The notes beneath the pieces were generated by a model. The model saw only the letters and a list, made by a program, of their open reading frames with translations, was not told the DNA's origin and ran no database searches. A stretch of DNA of 64,000 bases from Alphaproteobacteria bacterium (GTDB lineage: Bacteria > Pseudomonadota > Alphaproteobacteria > SP197): the NCBI GenBank assembly GCA_964291265.2, contig OZ219747.1, positions 1,536,001 to 1,600,000 of the forward strand, given 5' to 3'. The position numbers and the translations under genes are program-made. Positions 39,301 through 49,138 of the stretch are shown piece by piece. Within the stretch, counting starts at the first letter, position 1. The number at the start of each line of letters is the position of its first letter.

Positions 39301-40035
39301 TTCGGCGTACGGTCCGTTGTCGGCCGCGACGTTCCCAACAACACGGGTTCGCTGGAAACGGTCAGGGTCGCCGCGCCGGAGTACTCCATCCTCAATGCGC
39401 CGCGGCCGGCGGCCGTGACCGTGCGCCACGTCATCGGCCAGATGCTGCCTGACGTGGTTCTGGGCTGTCTCGGTCAGGCGTTGCCCGGACAGGTGCCGGC
39501 CGAGGGAAGTTCGAGTCTCTGGAATCCCTCGTTCATAGGCGGTCACGGGGTCACCGGGAGCCACGACTACGGTAACGCGACGCCGTTCTCCGTTACCGTC
39601 TTCCATTCCGGCGGCACCGGCGCCAGGCCCGGAAAGGACGGCCTGTCGGCGACCGCGTTTCCTTCGGGAGTGCGGAACACGCCGGTCGAGATCACCGAAT
39701 CCATCGCGCCTCTCATCTTCACCCGCAAGGAACTGCTCCTGTACTCCGGCGGCGAGGGCAGATACCGCGGTGGAGACGGACAGGTCATCGAAGTGGAGCA
39801 CGCCGAAGGCGCCCCCTTCGCCGTCCTGGCGCTGTTCGACCGTATCGATCATCCCGCCCGCGGCCGTGACGGCGGCGGCAGCGGCGCGCCCGGAGCCATC
39901 CGTCTTGCCGGTGGAGAGAATCTCAAGGGCAAGGGGAAACAGATCGTGCCTGCAGGGGAACGGCTCATCCTAGAACTCCCGGGGGGCGGCGGTCTGGGAG
40001 CGGCAGGGCCCGGGGAGACCGATGCCGCCGGCTGA
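36316..40035 (+). CDS. Fused hydantoinase A/B, 5-oxoprolinase family protein
   Basis: GIDVGGTFTD, HGTTLATNAL, ESGPAGG, DMGGTT, then AFSTTVREAGDLS, TNDPWHGTGHLFD and LELPGGGG. Confidence 0.93.
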   Translation: MPQETDTNTKNIRSEGKVRIGIDVGGTFTDVVLEGDGVRYAAKTLTTAAPAEGFMTGLMEVMEAAGAVAGDVGLVLHGTTLATNALIERKGAVTALFVTEGHRDSLEIAYENRFDQYDILADRSRPLVPRRLRLPVPERINARGEALVPLDEEAVAFWIDRLVELGVESVAVGLLHAYANAQHERRIADMIAERLPHLAVSISSDVCPEIREYERQTTTAANAYIKPVMAAYLADVEHALEEAGFTCPCLLMTSGGSLVTIATARAYPARLIESGPAGGAILAGHIARTMRDDKVVSFDMGGTTAKICLLDHGEPLLGRHFEVDRAHRFMKGSGIPLKIPVVEMVEIGAGGGSIASVDQLGRIQVGPQSAGAEPGPACYGKGGADPAVTDANLVLGRLDAADFAGGAFNLDPRAAAQAVLGGVGEPLSQTAVEAALGIVEIVDENMAAAARVHAIERGKEIEDRTMIAFGGAAPVHALRVAEKLGIRKVVVPVNAGVGSAVGLLLAPVAYEVVRSHYQRLSRFDASTLNVLFDAMSREAHDVVSRGAPGQAVREHRHAFARYIGQGHEIRIDLPDRALADGDAGWIADAFEDAYRQQFGRTVPGLEVEVLTWSLTAVARVDRSPAGRMASAGITGAGVRSFRGIVFPGDDEASRTAVLPRHALAPGEEVTGPAAIVESQTTTIVSSGWRGSLKAGGHLVFEHGRDVTAHLVAGLRHQVLWDRLVAAVEEQAQAIIRTAFSTTVREAGDLSAGIFDLQGRMLAQAVTGTPGHVNAMPAAVGFFLEKYPLSSMKEGDVFVTNDPWHGTGHLFDFTVVTPCFRNGAAVGLFASTVHVVDIGGPGFGPDSGQVYEEGLCIPIMRLFDGGEANESVFEIIRANVREPVQVVGDLYSLATSNDVGCRRLRELMDEFTMNGLEEIADHIITTSKNAMLEIIGALPHGTWTHAMTVDGYDDPVDLRASLTVSRDGIDIDFAGTSPMSPYGINVPITYTQAYATFGVRSVVGRDVPNNTGSLETVRVAAPEYSILNAPRPAAVTVRHVIGQMLPDVVLGCLGQALPGQVPAEGSSSLWNPSFIGGHGVTGSHDYGNATPFSVTVFHSGGTGARPGKDGLSATAFPSGVRNTPVEITESIAPLIFTRKELLLYSGGEGRYRGGDGQVIEVEHAEGAPFAVLALFDRIDHPARGRDGGGSGAPGAIRLAGGENLKGKGKQIVPAGERLILELPGGGGLGAAGPGETDAAG

Positions 40036-41620
40036 TTCCTCCGGAGAGCGCCTGCCAGGGAATATCCGGCGTATCGGCGCCTGCGTGTCCTTCCATGCCG
40101 CCGACGGGGGCGATCGCGAGGCGGTTGTCGCCGGGACCGTCAGGATGACCTACCGGGATCTCGACCGATCGGTGCGGCGCTGGGCGAAGGCGTTTCTCGC
40201 CGCCGGACTGGGACGCGGTGACAGGGTGGCCATGCTGGCGCCTGCCTCGACGGAATGGCTGGCGGTCATGCTCGCGGTCACCGACATCGGTGCCATCTGG
40301 ACAGGATTCCATCCGCGCTATCGTCTTCCGGAGTTCCGTCACGTCACGGCGTTGACCAGGCCGAAGGTGCTTGTTGTCTTCCGCCATATTCACGGCAGGG
40401 ACTATGCCGCGGAACTTCGTGCATTGCGGGAAGAGACATCGACGCTCGTCGACATGGTGATGGTCGACGAGCCCCTCGACGATGCGACCGTGGCCGGGAC
40501 CTTCCTGGAAGCGGGCGCCGCCATCAGCGATGCGGTCCTCGCCCGCCACCGGGACGCCGTGACGATCGACGATACGGCGGTCCTCATCTTCACGTCCGGC
40601 ACGACGGGTCGGCCCAAGGCGGCCATGGTGCGCCACCGTGCGCTTCTCGTCGGCGCCATGGTCGAGAACGAGCACTGGCCCATGATACGCCCGCGCATGC
40701 TTCACATGATGCCCGTCAACCACATCGCGGGGATCGGCATGACGGCCGTCTTTGCCCTGTGGACGGGTGGAACCCTTGTCTTCCAGTCCAGGTTCGAGGC
40801 GGGCGATCTGCTGCGTCTGATCGAGGAGGAACGGATCGATCACGTTCTGGGGTCACCGGTCCAGTTTCACATGATGGCCCATCACGCGGACTTGGAGCAC
40901 CGCGACCTCGGGAGTCTGAAGTACATCACGTGGGGAGGCGCACCGATGGCGGCGTCCCTGGTGGAGAGGCTGAACAGGCTGCCGGGCCACTTGTGCACCA
41001 GTTTCGGCATGACCGAACTCGGGCTCTACGTCACCTTCACCAGGCCCGACGATGACTTCGAGGTCCTGAGCAGCACCATTGGCAAGCCCCACGCCGGTTT
41101 CGACATCCGCATTGCCGATGCCGAAGGATACATTACGCCACCGGGAGGCCGCGGAGAGATCCAGGCAAGGGGGCCATGGCTTCTCGCCGGTTACTGGGGC
41201 GATGAAGAGGCGACGCGTCAGGCCTACACGGCTGACGGCTGGTTTCGCACGGGCGATGTCGTGCGGGTGCGCGAGGACGGCAACCTGGAGATCGTCGGGC
41301 GGACGAAGGAGATGTACCTCTCCGGTGGATTCAACATCTATCCGCGGGAAATCGAGGTGGTTCTCGAGGAGCATCCCGATGTCGGCCTGGTGGCCGTCAT
41401 GGGTGTTCCCCACGAGGTGTTCGGCGAGGTCGGCCACGCCTTTGTCGAACCCCGTCCCGGCGCCCGGCCCGGGACCGGTGACCTCGATCGCTGGTGCCGC
41501 GAACGCCTTGCCAACTACAAGGTGCCCAAGACCTTCGAAGTCGATCGCGAACTGCCGCGCCTGCCCATCGGGAAGATCGACAGGCAGGCCCTCAAACGGC
41601 GCCTGGAGGCAAGGAGATGA
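40022..41620 (+). CDS. Class I adenylate-forming enzyme (acyl-CoA ligase)
   Basis: FTSGTTGRPK, SFGMTE, GWFRTGD, GRTKEM, NYKVPK, GKID. Confidence 0.93.
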   Translation: MPPADSSGERLPGNIRRIGACVSFHAADGGDREAVVAGTVRMTYRDLDRSVRRWAKAFLAAGLGRGDRVAMLAPASTEWLAVMLAVTDIGAIWTGFHPRYRLPEFRHVTALTRPKVLVVFRHIHGRDYAAELRALREETSTLVDMVMVDEPLDDATVAGTFLEAGAAISDAVLARHRDAVTIDDTAVLIFTSGTTGRPKAAMVRHRALLVGAMVENEHWPMIRPRMLHMMPVNHIAGIGMTAVFALWTGGTLVFQSRFEAGDLLRLIEEERIDHVLGSPVQFHMMAHHADLEHRDLGSLKYITWGGAPMAASLVERLNRLPGHLCTSFGMTELGLYVTFTRPDDDFEVLSSTIGKPHAGFDIRIADAEGYITPPGGRGEIQARGPWLLAGYWGDEEATRQAYTADGWFRTGDVVRVREDGNLEIVGRTKEMYLSGGFNIYPREIEVVLEEHPDVGLVAVMGVPHEVFGEVGHAFVEPRPGARPGTGDLDRWCRERLANYKVPKTFEVDRELPRLPIGKIDRQALKRRLEARR

Positions 41621-42534
41621 CAGAAGACCGACGACCCGTCCCTCAGCGTGACATCACCGGACTGCAGGAGAGTGTGAGACGCCATGGCTTCGGCATGTAT
41701 CTCGATGCCGTCGACAGGGAGACGACGGCATCCGTTCGCGAGCGTGTCCTGGAGCAGGCGGCAGCCGAACGACAGGTCGACCTCCACACCACCAAATCTG
41801 CGGTGGAACCCGAAGACGACGTCAACCAGTGGGTCGTCTTCCTGCCCAACAAGGGGCGCGTCTTTCGCCGCCTCATCAACAACAAACCCTGCCTCGACAT
41901 CGTCCGCTTCGTTCTGGGACGGCAGGCCATCCTCTCCGAGTTTTCCGCCCACATCACCTGGCCCGGCAACCGGGAGATGCCGCTCCACATCGACCAGTGG
42001 TTCATGCCCCACCCGGTAGAGCCCGGCGCGGACTATCCGCGTCCTTCCGACATCACGCGAAGCCGTCAGCGCTGTGGCGACCCTGTGCCGGCCACCGGAC
42101 CCGTCAACCCGCCGGTGGTCTGCAACGTCATGTTCGCCATCACCGACTTCACCCTGGAGAACGGCGCCACCCGCCTGGTTCCGGGAAGTCACCATTCGGG
42201 CTGCCATCCGGATCCCGCACAGCCCTGCGCTTCTGTTCACGCGGAGGTCCCGGCCGGAAGTTTCGTTGTCTGGGAGGGTCGCACCTGGCATGCCGCAAGC
42301 CTCAACACCGGAACCGGCCCCCGCATCGGCATCACCACCTACTGGTCGGCGCCCTTCCTGCGCCAGTTGCTCAATTTCCCCTATGGTCTGCGCCCGGAAG
42401 TCGCCGCCGACCTCACCGTGCACGAGCGCGGCCTCATGGGCTTCAGGACCTGGAGCACCTATGGCACAAGCGACGACTTCGAGTCCGAATGGGCGCGGCC
42501 CGGCTGCGAAAACACGGGCCCGCTTTCCCGCTGA
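41617..42534 (+). CDS. Phytanoyl-CoA dioxygenase (PhyH) family protein
   Basis: RBS AAGGAG; LHIDQ, TDFTLENGATRLVPGSH, GRTWHAA. Confidence 0.9.
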   Translation: MTEDRRPVPQRDITGLQESVRRHGFGMYLDAVDRETTASVRERVLEQAAAERQVDLHTTKSAVEPEDDVNQWVVFLPNKGRVFRRLINNKPCLDIVRFVLGRQAILSEFSAHITWPGNREMPLHIDQWFMPHPVEPGADYPRPSDITRSRQRCGDPVPATGPVNPPVVCNVMFAITDFTLENGATRLVPGSHHSGCHPDPAQPCASVHAEVPAGSFVVWEGRTWHAASLNTGTGPRIGITTYWSAPFLRQLLNFPYGLRPEVAADLTVHERGLMGFRTWSTYGTSDDFESEWARPGCENTGPLSR

Positions 42535-43440
42535 ACCCGGCAGGGAACTCCGATGCGGCAGCGTGTCGCCGGGTTCCAGTCCGTCAGTGTTCCGAACGCC
42601 ACGGTGGCGACGATGACCTCGAACCATCTCACCTTGCGGCCCTGGCCATCCGCCGGCCTTGCCGGAACGGACTGCGACATCGACGTCACACGACTCCGGC
42701 AGCACGCTGGAACATCGGTCGGCCCGCTTGCGGCATGTGTCCGTGAACCTGGTCTCCTCAAGGCGCTGGGCTTCGCTACAGGAGTGCGTGGATGACAGAG
42801 GTGCAACGGAACACGGACGCTGACCATGGACCAAGGCCTGCCGAGTCGAGGTCTCGCTGTTGCCGCGGGCCTGGCGGAGCTCGTGACCGATGACGCGCAG
42901 GTGCTCAAAGACGCCTCGAAGCCGTCATCGGCGAGCGCATTTCGGCGCTCGAAGGCGTCGGCGAGGACCTGTAACGGGAGGGCGAGGCGGGCCAAGAAGT
43001 GGGTCCGGACGGCACGGAACGTGGACGCGACCGGGTCATGGACTCTACCATCCGGCGGTTCGAAGCGGCCTGCGGGCGCGACGAGAAGGCCACCCGGGAG
43101 ATGGCGCCGGTCCGCGACCGATCCGCGCGCCCGTCGCCGGACCGGACGCTGACCGCGAGGCGCCCGAGCCCGAACCGCCGACTAAGACGGGGTTAGAGCG
43201 AGATGGACCTCGGCCGGCAGGCACGGGGCCGCGAGTTCGCCACCTCCTTCTGCTGTCTCGAGGAACCGGTCTGTCCGTCCGGGATGTGCGCGGTGCCGGG
43301 GGATCCATTGTCAGGATCCTGGCCGAACAGCACCGGTGTCGATTCCGGGAACGGAACCTCGCTCCTTCGCGCCGCACGGTTTGACCGATACGGCAAGGCA
43401 TGTCAGTATCGGACATGATCTGACGTGGCGTGATTCCACG

Positions 43441-43683
43441 ATGCCGAATGTTCACCTGACCGACCAGATGCGCCACTACGCTCAGGGACAGATCGACGCT
43501 AGCGCCCATGCCAACCTGAGCGAAGTCGTGCGCGCCGGGCTGCGGCTGCTCATGGAGCGCGATGGCGCACGGCAATTCCATGCGCTGAAGGGAGAGCTGG
43601 AGGTTGCCGTGCGGTAAGCGGAAGCCGGAGGGTTCGAGGAATTCGACCCCGTGTCCGACGAGCCGGACGTGGGATCGAGGTAG
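43441..43683 (+). pseudogene. parD: ParD-type ribbon-helix-helix antitoxin with internal stop
   Basis: MPNVHLTDQM...NLSEVVRAGLRLLME...VAVR*AEAGGFEEFDP; TAA at 43615-43617. Confidence 0.75.
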
Positions 43684-43693
43684 CCGCCGCGCC

Positions 43694-44012
43694 GTGACGA
43701 TCCGGCTGTCGCGCCGGGCGCGCCGCGATCTGGACGAGATTCGGCGCTATACCGTCGAAACCTGGGGCAGCGAACAGTGGCTCGGCTGCTGTGAGGGGCT
43801 GGTGCGCACCTTCGAACGGGTCGCGGACGACCCGGGCGGTGGGGCGCGACCGGAGTCTGTTCGCGTCCGGACTGTGCTCCCTGACCTACCGGCGGCACGT
43901 GGTGTTCTTCGCCGGGATTGCCGCGGCCGACGATGCGCCGGTGATCCTTCGCATCGTCCATCAGCGCCGCAACCTGCCCGCGCTTGCGTATTTCGAGGAC
44001 ATCGGCGGCTGA
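43694..44012 (+). pseudogene. parE: ParE/RelE toxin, frameshifted near 43840
   Basis: TIRLSRRARRDLDEIRRYTVETWG in one frame; GRDRSLF...RRHVVFF...ILRIVHQRRNL in another. Confidence 0.8.
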
Positions 44013-45030
44013 GTTCACCGCCCGAACCGTCACGCCGGGTCTTCGCCGAGGGCATCCGCCATCGCCAGGCGTCCGTCCTTGGCGTGTTGCCGAGTTGCTT
44101 CCTGCGCTGATCGCGGAGCAATTTCCTGGCTTCGGAGCCAAGGTCAACAGGCAAACGCCGCGGCAGGTGTCCCCGATCAGCGCGGGGTGACCGGGCTTGA
44201 TCGCGGCCCCGGCGGTCGAAGGCACCACGGCAAGCGGAAGCTCACAGCCTTCGAAGAAGGCACGGCGTTCGGCGAAGGGACGAACCTGCCACCATGGCGA
44301 GGGGGCGCCTGTGGGCGTCCATGAGGATGGTGGACGAAGTCTCTCCCTGGTCCGACACAAGGGCTCCTGTGGTCTGGTGCGCGAAGGCGCCGGGCTGGGT
44401 TCATCAGCGTTGCGACGCGCGAGGACTGTTCTGTCGCAAGGATGCTTGTGCATGTCGTAGGCATGCCGGCGTCTGTTGACGAGTTCCGACCTTTGTGCGC
44501 CGATGTCGAAGACAGGGACCGGGACTTCTGGAGACCGCTCGACATGCTGCTCCATCAAGATTGTCACGTTTTCGTCTCGGCATCTGAGCTTGGACCTCGG
44601 GTCGCCCCTGATGTGTGGTCTGGAGACCGTGAGGATGGCATGGCCGAAGGGGAGAGCGTCTTGTTGCGGGCAGGAAGGACGGCAGCTGGCGGATGGAACC
44701 CGAAGACGGCGGGGTCTTGTCCGAGCCCCATGCCAACAAGGAAGTTCACGGTCCGGCGACCTGCGACCACGCCAGCGGCACGTGCATCGAGGGTGCCACG
44801 AGAAGAGTTCACGGCTCGTGGACGTTCCGCCACCCGGGTCGCTACAGCGCGGGCCCCTGCGAGACGGACCACAAGCGCGGAACATGGACCTGCTTGCGGG
44901 TCCGACGGCGTGTACGCTCGGGTGCCATGCGAGAACGGCGTGGTGCATGGCGAGTTGATGGTCAGCCGCCCTGAAGGGACTTGGGGACGCTGATCTACCG
45001 GCAAGGTACAAGATCCGGCGGAAAGTTGAC

Positions 45031-46437
45031 ATGGCGCGAGTCGAAGGGGCCGGGACCGGCTGGGCTGATCTGTTTCGTGAAGGTCGCGCACCGCTCGTCC
45101 TCGCCCTGACACTGGGTATCTGGCTACACGCCGCCGACAGCTTGCTGGTCGTCACCACGCTGCCCAGCGCGGTCGCCGAAATCGGCGGCGACGCCTACGT
45201 GCCATGGGCCTACACGCTCTACATGCTGGCCACGATCATGCTCAGCGCCTTGACCGGCCTGATTGCCATGACCTTCGGCTTGCGGTGGTCCTTCATTCTT
45301 GCCGGCACCCTCTTCGCAGCCGGGTGCGTGATCTCCGCGCTGGCGCCCGACATGGCGGTGATGCTGGTGGGCCGTTTCATCCAGGGTATGGGCGGCGGCA
45401 GCCAGGTCGCGCTGGTCTACGTCGCTCTCGACCGTCTGTTCCCCAAGGCCATGTTGCCCAAGCTGGTGGCGCTCATCTCGGCAGTCTGGAGCATGTCGGC
45501 ATTCTGCGGCCCGCTCGTGGGCGGACTGTTTGCCAGTCAGGGAATGTGGCGCAGCGCATTCTGGGCCTTCGCGCTGCAGGGCGTTCTCTTCGTCGCGCTG
45601 GTCGCCGCCACCGTGGCTCATGGTCGGCGCGCCCGCAGTCCGGAGGCGACGGGAGGCATTCCGGTCTTCCGGCTCGCGCTGCTCGCCGGCGGCATTCTGT
45701 CCGTGTCGCTGGCGGCCGCTGATCCCGATCCCCTGATCACACCAGCCATGACGATCACCGCCCTTGCCGCCTTCGCGTCGTTCCTGTGGCGCGATGCCCG
45801 ATCCGGTGACAGGCGCATGCTGCCGCTGCGCCCGTTCTCGACGGCCACGTCCTACGGCTCGGGACTTCTGCTTGCGGTCCTGCTTGCCACGGCCACCAGT
45901 TCGTTCTTCACCTACGGTCCCTTCCTCCTGGAGCGCCTGTTCGGACTGTCGCCGCTCGAGTCCGGCTATGTCGTCGCCATCGAATCGGTGGCCTGGGGCG
46001 TGGCCGCGGTCGCCATCGCCAACGTTGGACAGATGACAGAACGCTGGCTCATCCGCACAGCTCCCGCCGTTGCGATCGTCGCGCTTGCAGGTCTCTCCTT
46101 CACCATGCCCATCGGACGGGTCTGGGCTGTCGTTCCGTTCGTTGTCCTGCTTGGCGTGTGCTTCGGTCAGATGTGGGGCCTGGTGATCCGGCGGGTAACC
46201 GAGGCGGCGGTTCCGGCCGACCGCGAGCGGATATCGGCCGCCATCCCCACCGTGCATCAGTTCGGTTACGCCCTCGGCGCGGCGCTCTGCGGCCTGATTG
46301 CCAACACGCTGGGTTTCGCAGAAGACGCGCCCCTCGAGACCTTGCGCACGATCGGCGCGTGGGTCTTCGCCGCTTTCGTTCCGTTCGCCGTGGCCGCGGC
46401 CTGGCCGGCCTGGCGGATGGGCCGGAAACGGTCCTAG
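45031..46437 (+). CDS. MFS transporter (DHA2-like)
   Basis: Many hydrophobic segments; MLVGRFIQGMGGG, GPLVGG, WRSAFW. Confidence 0.9.
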   Translation: MARVEGAGTGWADLFREGRAPLVLALTLGIWLHAADSLLVVTTLPSAVAEIGGDAYVPWAYTLYMLATIMLSALTGLIAMTFGLRWSFILAGTLFAAGCVISALAPDMAVMLVGRFIQGMGGGSQVALVYVALDRLFPKAMLPKLVALISAVWSMSAFCGPLVGGLFASQGMWRSAFWAFALQGVLFVALVAATVAHGRRARSPEATGGIPVFRLALLAGGILSVSLAAADPDPLITPAMTITALAAFASFLWRDARSGDRRMLPLRPFSTATSYGSGLLLAVLLATATSSFFTYGPFLLERLFGLSPLESGYVVAIESVAWGVAAVAIANVGQMTERWLIRTAPAVAIVALAGLSFTMPIGRVWAVVPFVVLLGVCFGQMWGLVIRRVTEAAVPADRERISAAIPTVHQFGYALGAALCGLIANTLGFAEDAPLETLRTIGAWVFAAFVPFAVAAAWPAWRMGRKRS

Positions 46438-46599
46438 CAGTTCAGTCTTTCGGCGCGACGACCGCCGCATAGTCCATGGCGGCCGTTGTTGAAAAGCTCT
46501 CCTTGCCGTCCTTCATCGCAATGCGTCACGACAGCCTCGCCTTGCGCTCGCTCGTCCGTTCGTGGAACCCGTTGGCCGGGATCAGGCAACGGCGTGATC

Positions 46600-46765
46600 T
46601 CCGGGCAGGCGCAGCGCGAACTGCGTGTGCGCGGCCTCCAGGTCTGGCGGCTGCGAACAGCTGGACAGGCAGTTCTCCCTGAACGCGCCCTTCAAGGGGT
46701 GGAACCGGCAGCCGGGCAGGCCATCAGGCTTCGAGTTCCTCCAGCAGCGCCGCGAGCTTAGGCAG
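46600..46765 (-). pseudogene. Possible HigB toxin remnant
   Basis: KLAALLEEL / LPGCRFHPLKG across a frameshift resembles HigB LPGYRLHPLKG; very short. Confidence 0.35.
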
Positions 46766-47126
46766 CGTGCATGTCGCGACCGAGGTGACTGCCCTGACTG
46801 ACAGGTTTCGGAAAGCTCGTGCGTGTTCGCAGTCAAGGCCGGCGTCGGCTCGTTGCGCACCATCGTGGATCAACTGGAAACCGTAGAGTGGTTCGCGGTC
46901 CGTCTCCACCGGTGATCAGCAACCGGTGAGACGACTTGGTTCGTCGAGGGCATCGCCGTCTGTGACAAGGCTGGCCTGGAGGAGGGAGTATGGGGTACCT
47001 TCGACCGGATCGCGGAGGAAATCGTACCCGTCGCGGCGGCATGGCCGCCGGATCATGGGGGCTCGCGCGACACGTACGGGTAGCGACCGGTTTACTGACG
47101 ATGACAAGATCTTCCGGGAGTGGAAG

Positions 47127-48290
47127 GTGACGAACGGCGCCTCGGCCCATGCCATCGCGAACCAGCGCCACCTCTTCGACATTCCGGACGAGGTGGCCTA
47201 CCTCAATTGCGCGTACATGGGCCCGCTCATGCGCTCGGCAGTCGAGGCGGGCGACTGCGGGATTCGGGCGAAGGCGCGGCCGTGGGGCATCTCCCCCGAC
47301 GACTTCTTCGCACCTGGAGAGTGCGCCCGGGAGCAGTTTGCCCGGATTATCGGCGCGGACGCGGAGGGCGTGGCCCTAGTCCCGTCTGCGAGCTACGGGC
47401 TCTCGTGCGCGGCGCGGAACATGGATGTTGCGCCGAACGCCGAACTCGTGGTCCTTGCCGAGCAGTTCCCCTCGATCTTCTACACGTGGAAGGAGCTGGC
47501 AAAGACGCGGGGCGCCTCGTTGGTGACCGTCGTCCGTCCTGAGGACGACGACTGGACGCGGGCCACCCTTGATGCGGTCAACGAGCGAACCGCCTGCGTC
47601 GCGTTGCCCCACTGCCACTGGACGGATGGCGGATATCTCGACCTCGTCCGGATCGGAGCCCGGTGCCGCGAGGTTGGCGCCGCGCTCGTTCTGGACCTCA
47701 CCCAGTCGGCGGGAGCGCTGCAGTTCGATGCGGGCGCGGTGCAGCCCGATTTTGTGGTGTGTGCGGGCTACAAGTGGCTCCTCGGCCCGTACTCTCTCGG
47801 ATTCCTTTGGGTGGCCCCGGAGCGCCGCGACGGCCGGCCGATCGAGTTCAACTGGATCGCTCGGGCGGGGTCCGAGAACTTCGCGCGCCTCATCGACTAC
47901 CGCGAAGACTACCAGCCCGGCGCCCGCCGTTTCGACGTGGGGGAACGTTCGAACTTCATCCTGGTCCCGATGCTGAATGCCGCGCTCGAGCAGATCCTCG
48001 CGTGGGGGGTCGGGGCCATCGAGGCGACCCTTGCCGCGCGGACCGCGGTCATTGCAGCCCGCGCCACGCGTCTTGGCCTTGGCTCGGCGCCCACTGCTCT
48101 TCGCGCCGGACATTTCCTCGGCCTGCGTTTCCCGGGCGGCGAGTTGCCGGCCGGACTCCTTTCCGCTCTCGCTGCGGAGCGAGTTCACGTCAGCGTGCGG
48201 GGAGCGTCGTTGCGGGTAACGCCACATGTCTACAACACCGACGAGGACATCGACCGCCTCTTCGCAGCTCTCGAACGGGTTCTCGACTGA
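47127..48290 (+). CDS. Class V PLP-dependent aminotransferase / cysteine desulfurase-like enzyme
   Basis: YLNCAYMGP, LDLTQSAG, AGYKWLLGP, LRVTPHVYNTDEDIDRL; GTG start inferred. Confidence 0.9.
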   Translation: MTNGASAHAIANQRHLFDIPDEVAYLNCAYMGPLMRSAVEAGDCGIRAKARPWGISPDDFFAPGECAREQFARIIGADAEGVALVPSASYGLSCAARNMDVAPNAELVVLAEQFPSIFYTWKELAKTRGASLVTVVRPEDDDWTRATLDAVNERTACVALPHCHWTDGGYLDLVRIGARCREVGAALVLDLTQSAGALQFDAGAVQPDFVVCAGYKWLLGPYSLGFLWVAPERRDGRPIEFNWIARAGSENFARLIDYREDYQPGARRFDVGERSNFILVPMLNAALEQILAWGVGAIEATLAARTAVIAARATRLGLGSAPTALRAGHFLGLRFPGGELPAGLLSALAAERVHVSVRGASLRVTPHVYNTDEDIDRLFAALERVLD

Positions 48291-48399
48291 TGGACCGGGA
48301 GGTTCCGGAAGCATAGCCAGATGAGCCTTGATTCACCCGCCTGATGCCTCTCAACATGCTACATCCATATAGGGATCTCATTCCCGTCATCTCTCGCCG

Positions 48400-48523
48400 A
48401 CAAGCGTTCGGTCGAAGGGTGACAATGATGGGGACGACATTGGCAAGTGCGCATGGCCCCGGGACTCGCCTGCATTCGCTCAGTGCTGTCATCGCCCCAA
48501 TCACCGCGTGACCGAACGCCTAC
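48400..48523 (-). mobile_element. ~120-bp IS66-derived MITE, copy B
   Basis: ACAAGCGTTCGGTC...GACCGAACGCCTAC inverted ends; homologous to 33141-33261. Confidence 0.65.
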
Positions 48524-48599
48524 ACGGCGCTGCTTCTCGGCAGGGGTGAGGTCAGGATGTCTGAATTCATCCTGACATGGCAGGCCTTGGCGGAATGAG

Positions 48600-48801
48600 C
48601 CTGCCTCCAGCGCCTCGTCGTCGAGAGATCACGGGCCTGCGCACGATCCAGGCCCGAGACCGCAAACCGCTCCAGCGTCTGCCACACCGAGCGTTGCGCC
48701 ATGCCGCAGTGCCGGGCCATGGAACGGCCGCTGCGTCCGTCATCGAGGTGAAACGACAGAACCCTCTTCACCTGCCTCATGGGTCGTCTCTCCTGTGCCA
48801 T
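48600..48801 (-). pseudogene. IS21-family IstA transposase N-terminal fragment
   Basis: MAQERRPMRQVKRVLSFH...SGRSMARHCGMAQRSVWQTLERF resembles the IstA HTH start. Confidence 0.6.
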
Positions 48802-49138
48802 CCCGCGTTTCCTGGATCGATCGCGACAATCCAGACGACGGAACAGCTCCTCGGGTCGAACGAAAACGTTCGCTCCAGGAGGTGGCTATCAGCGTGAGAT
48901 TCCGCAGGCCGACAGGCGTCATTGTTGAAGCCCGGCCCTGACTGTCGGCATCCTGCAAGTCGTCGTCGACTGCGCTGGTTGCAACCGCCTGGGCAAGGAA
49001 TTCGATCGCCGAGCGATGTGGCGCTTCGGCTTGCCGGTCGCATGGCCGGAGCAGGAGGAAACCGTTCCCATGGCCATTGACAGGCACGTGCGCGGGTGAT
49101 GCGCCAAGCCCTCTGCAAGAAGGGGAAGGGCCGTTCCT

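Noticed and set aside
42826-43260. Possible mobilisation or relaxase C-terminal remnant upstream of parDE
   Set aside because: Only compositional resemblance across broken frames; no diagnostic motif.
44013-45000. Several overlapping ORFs in a 1-kb intergenic region
   Set aside because: No recognisable protein motif, codon pattern, repeat or RNA signature.
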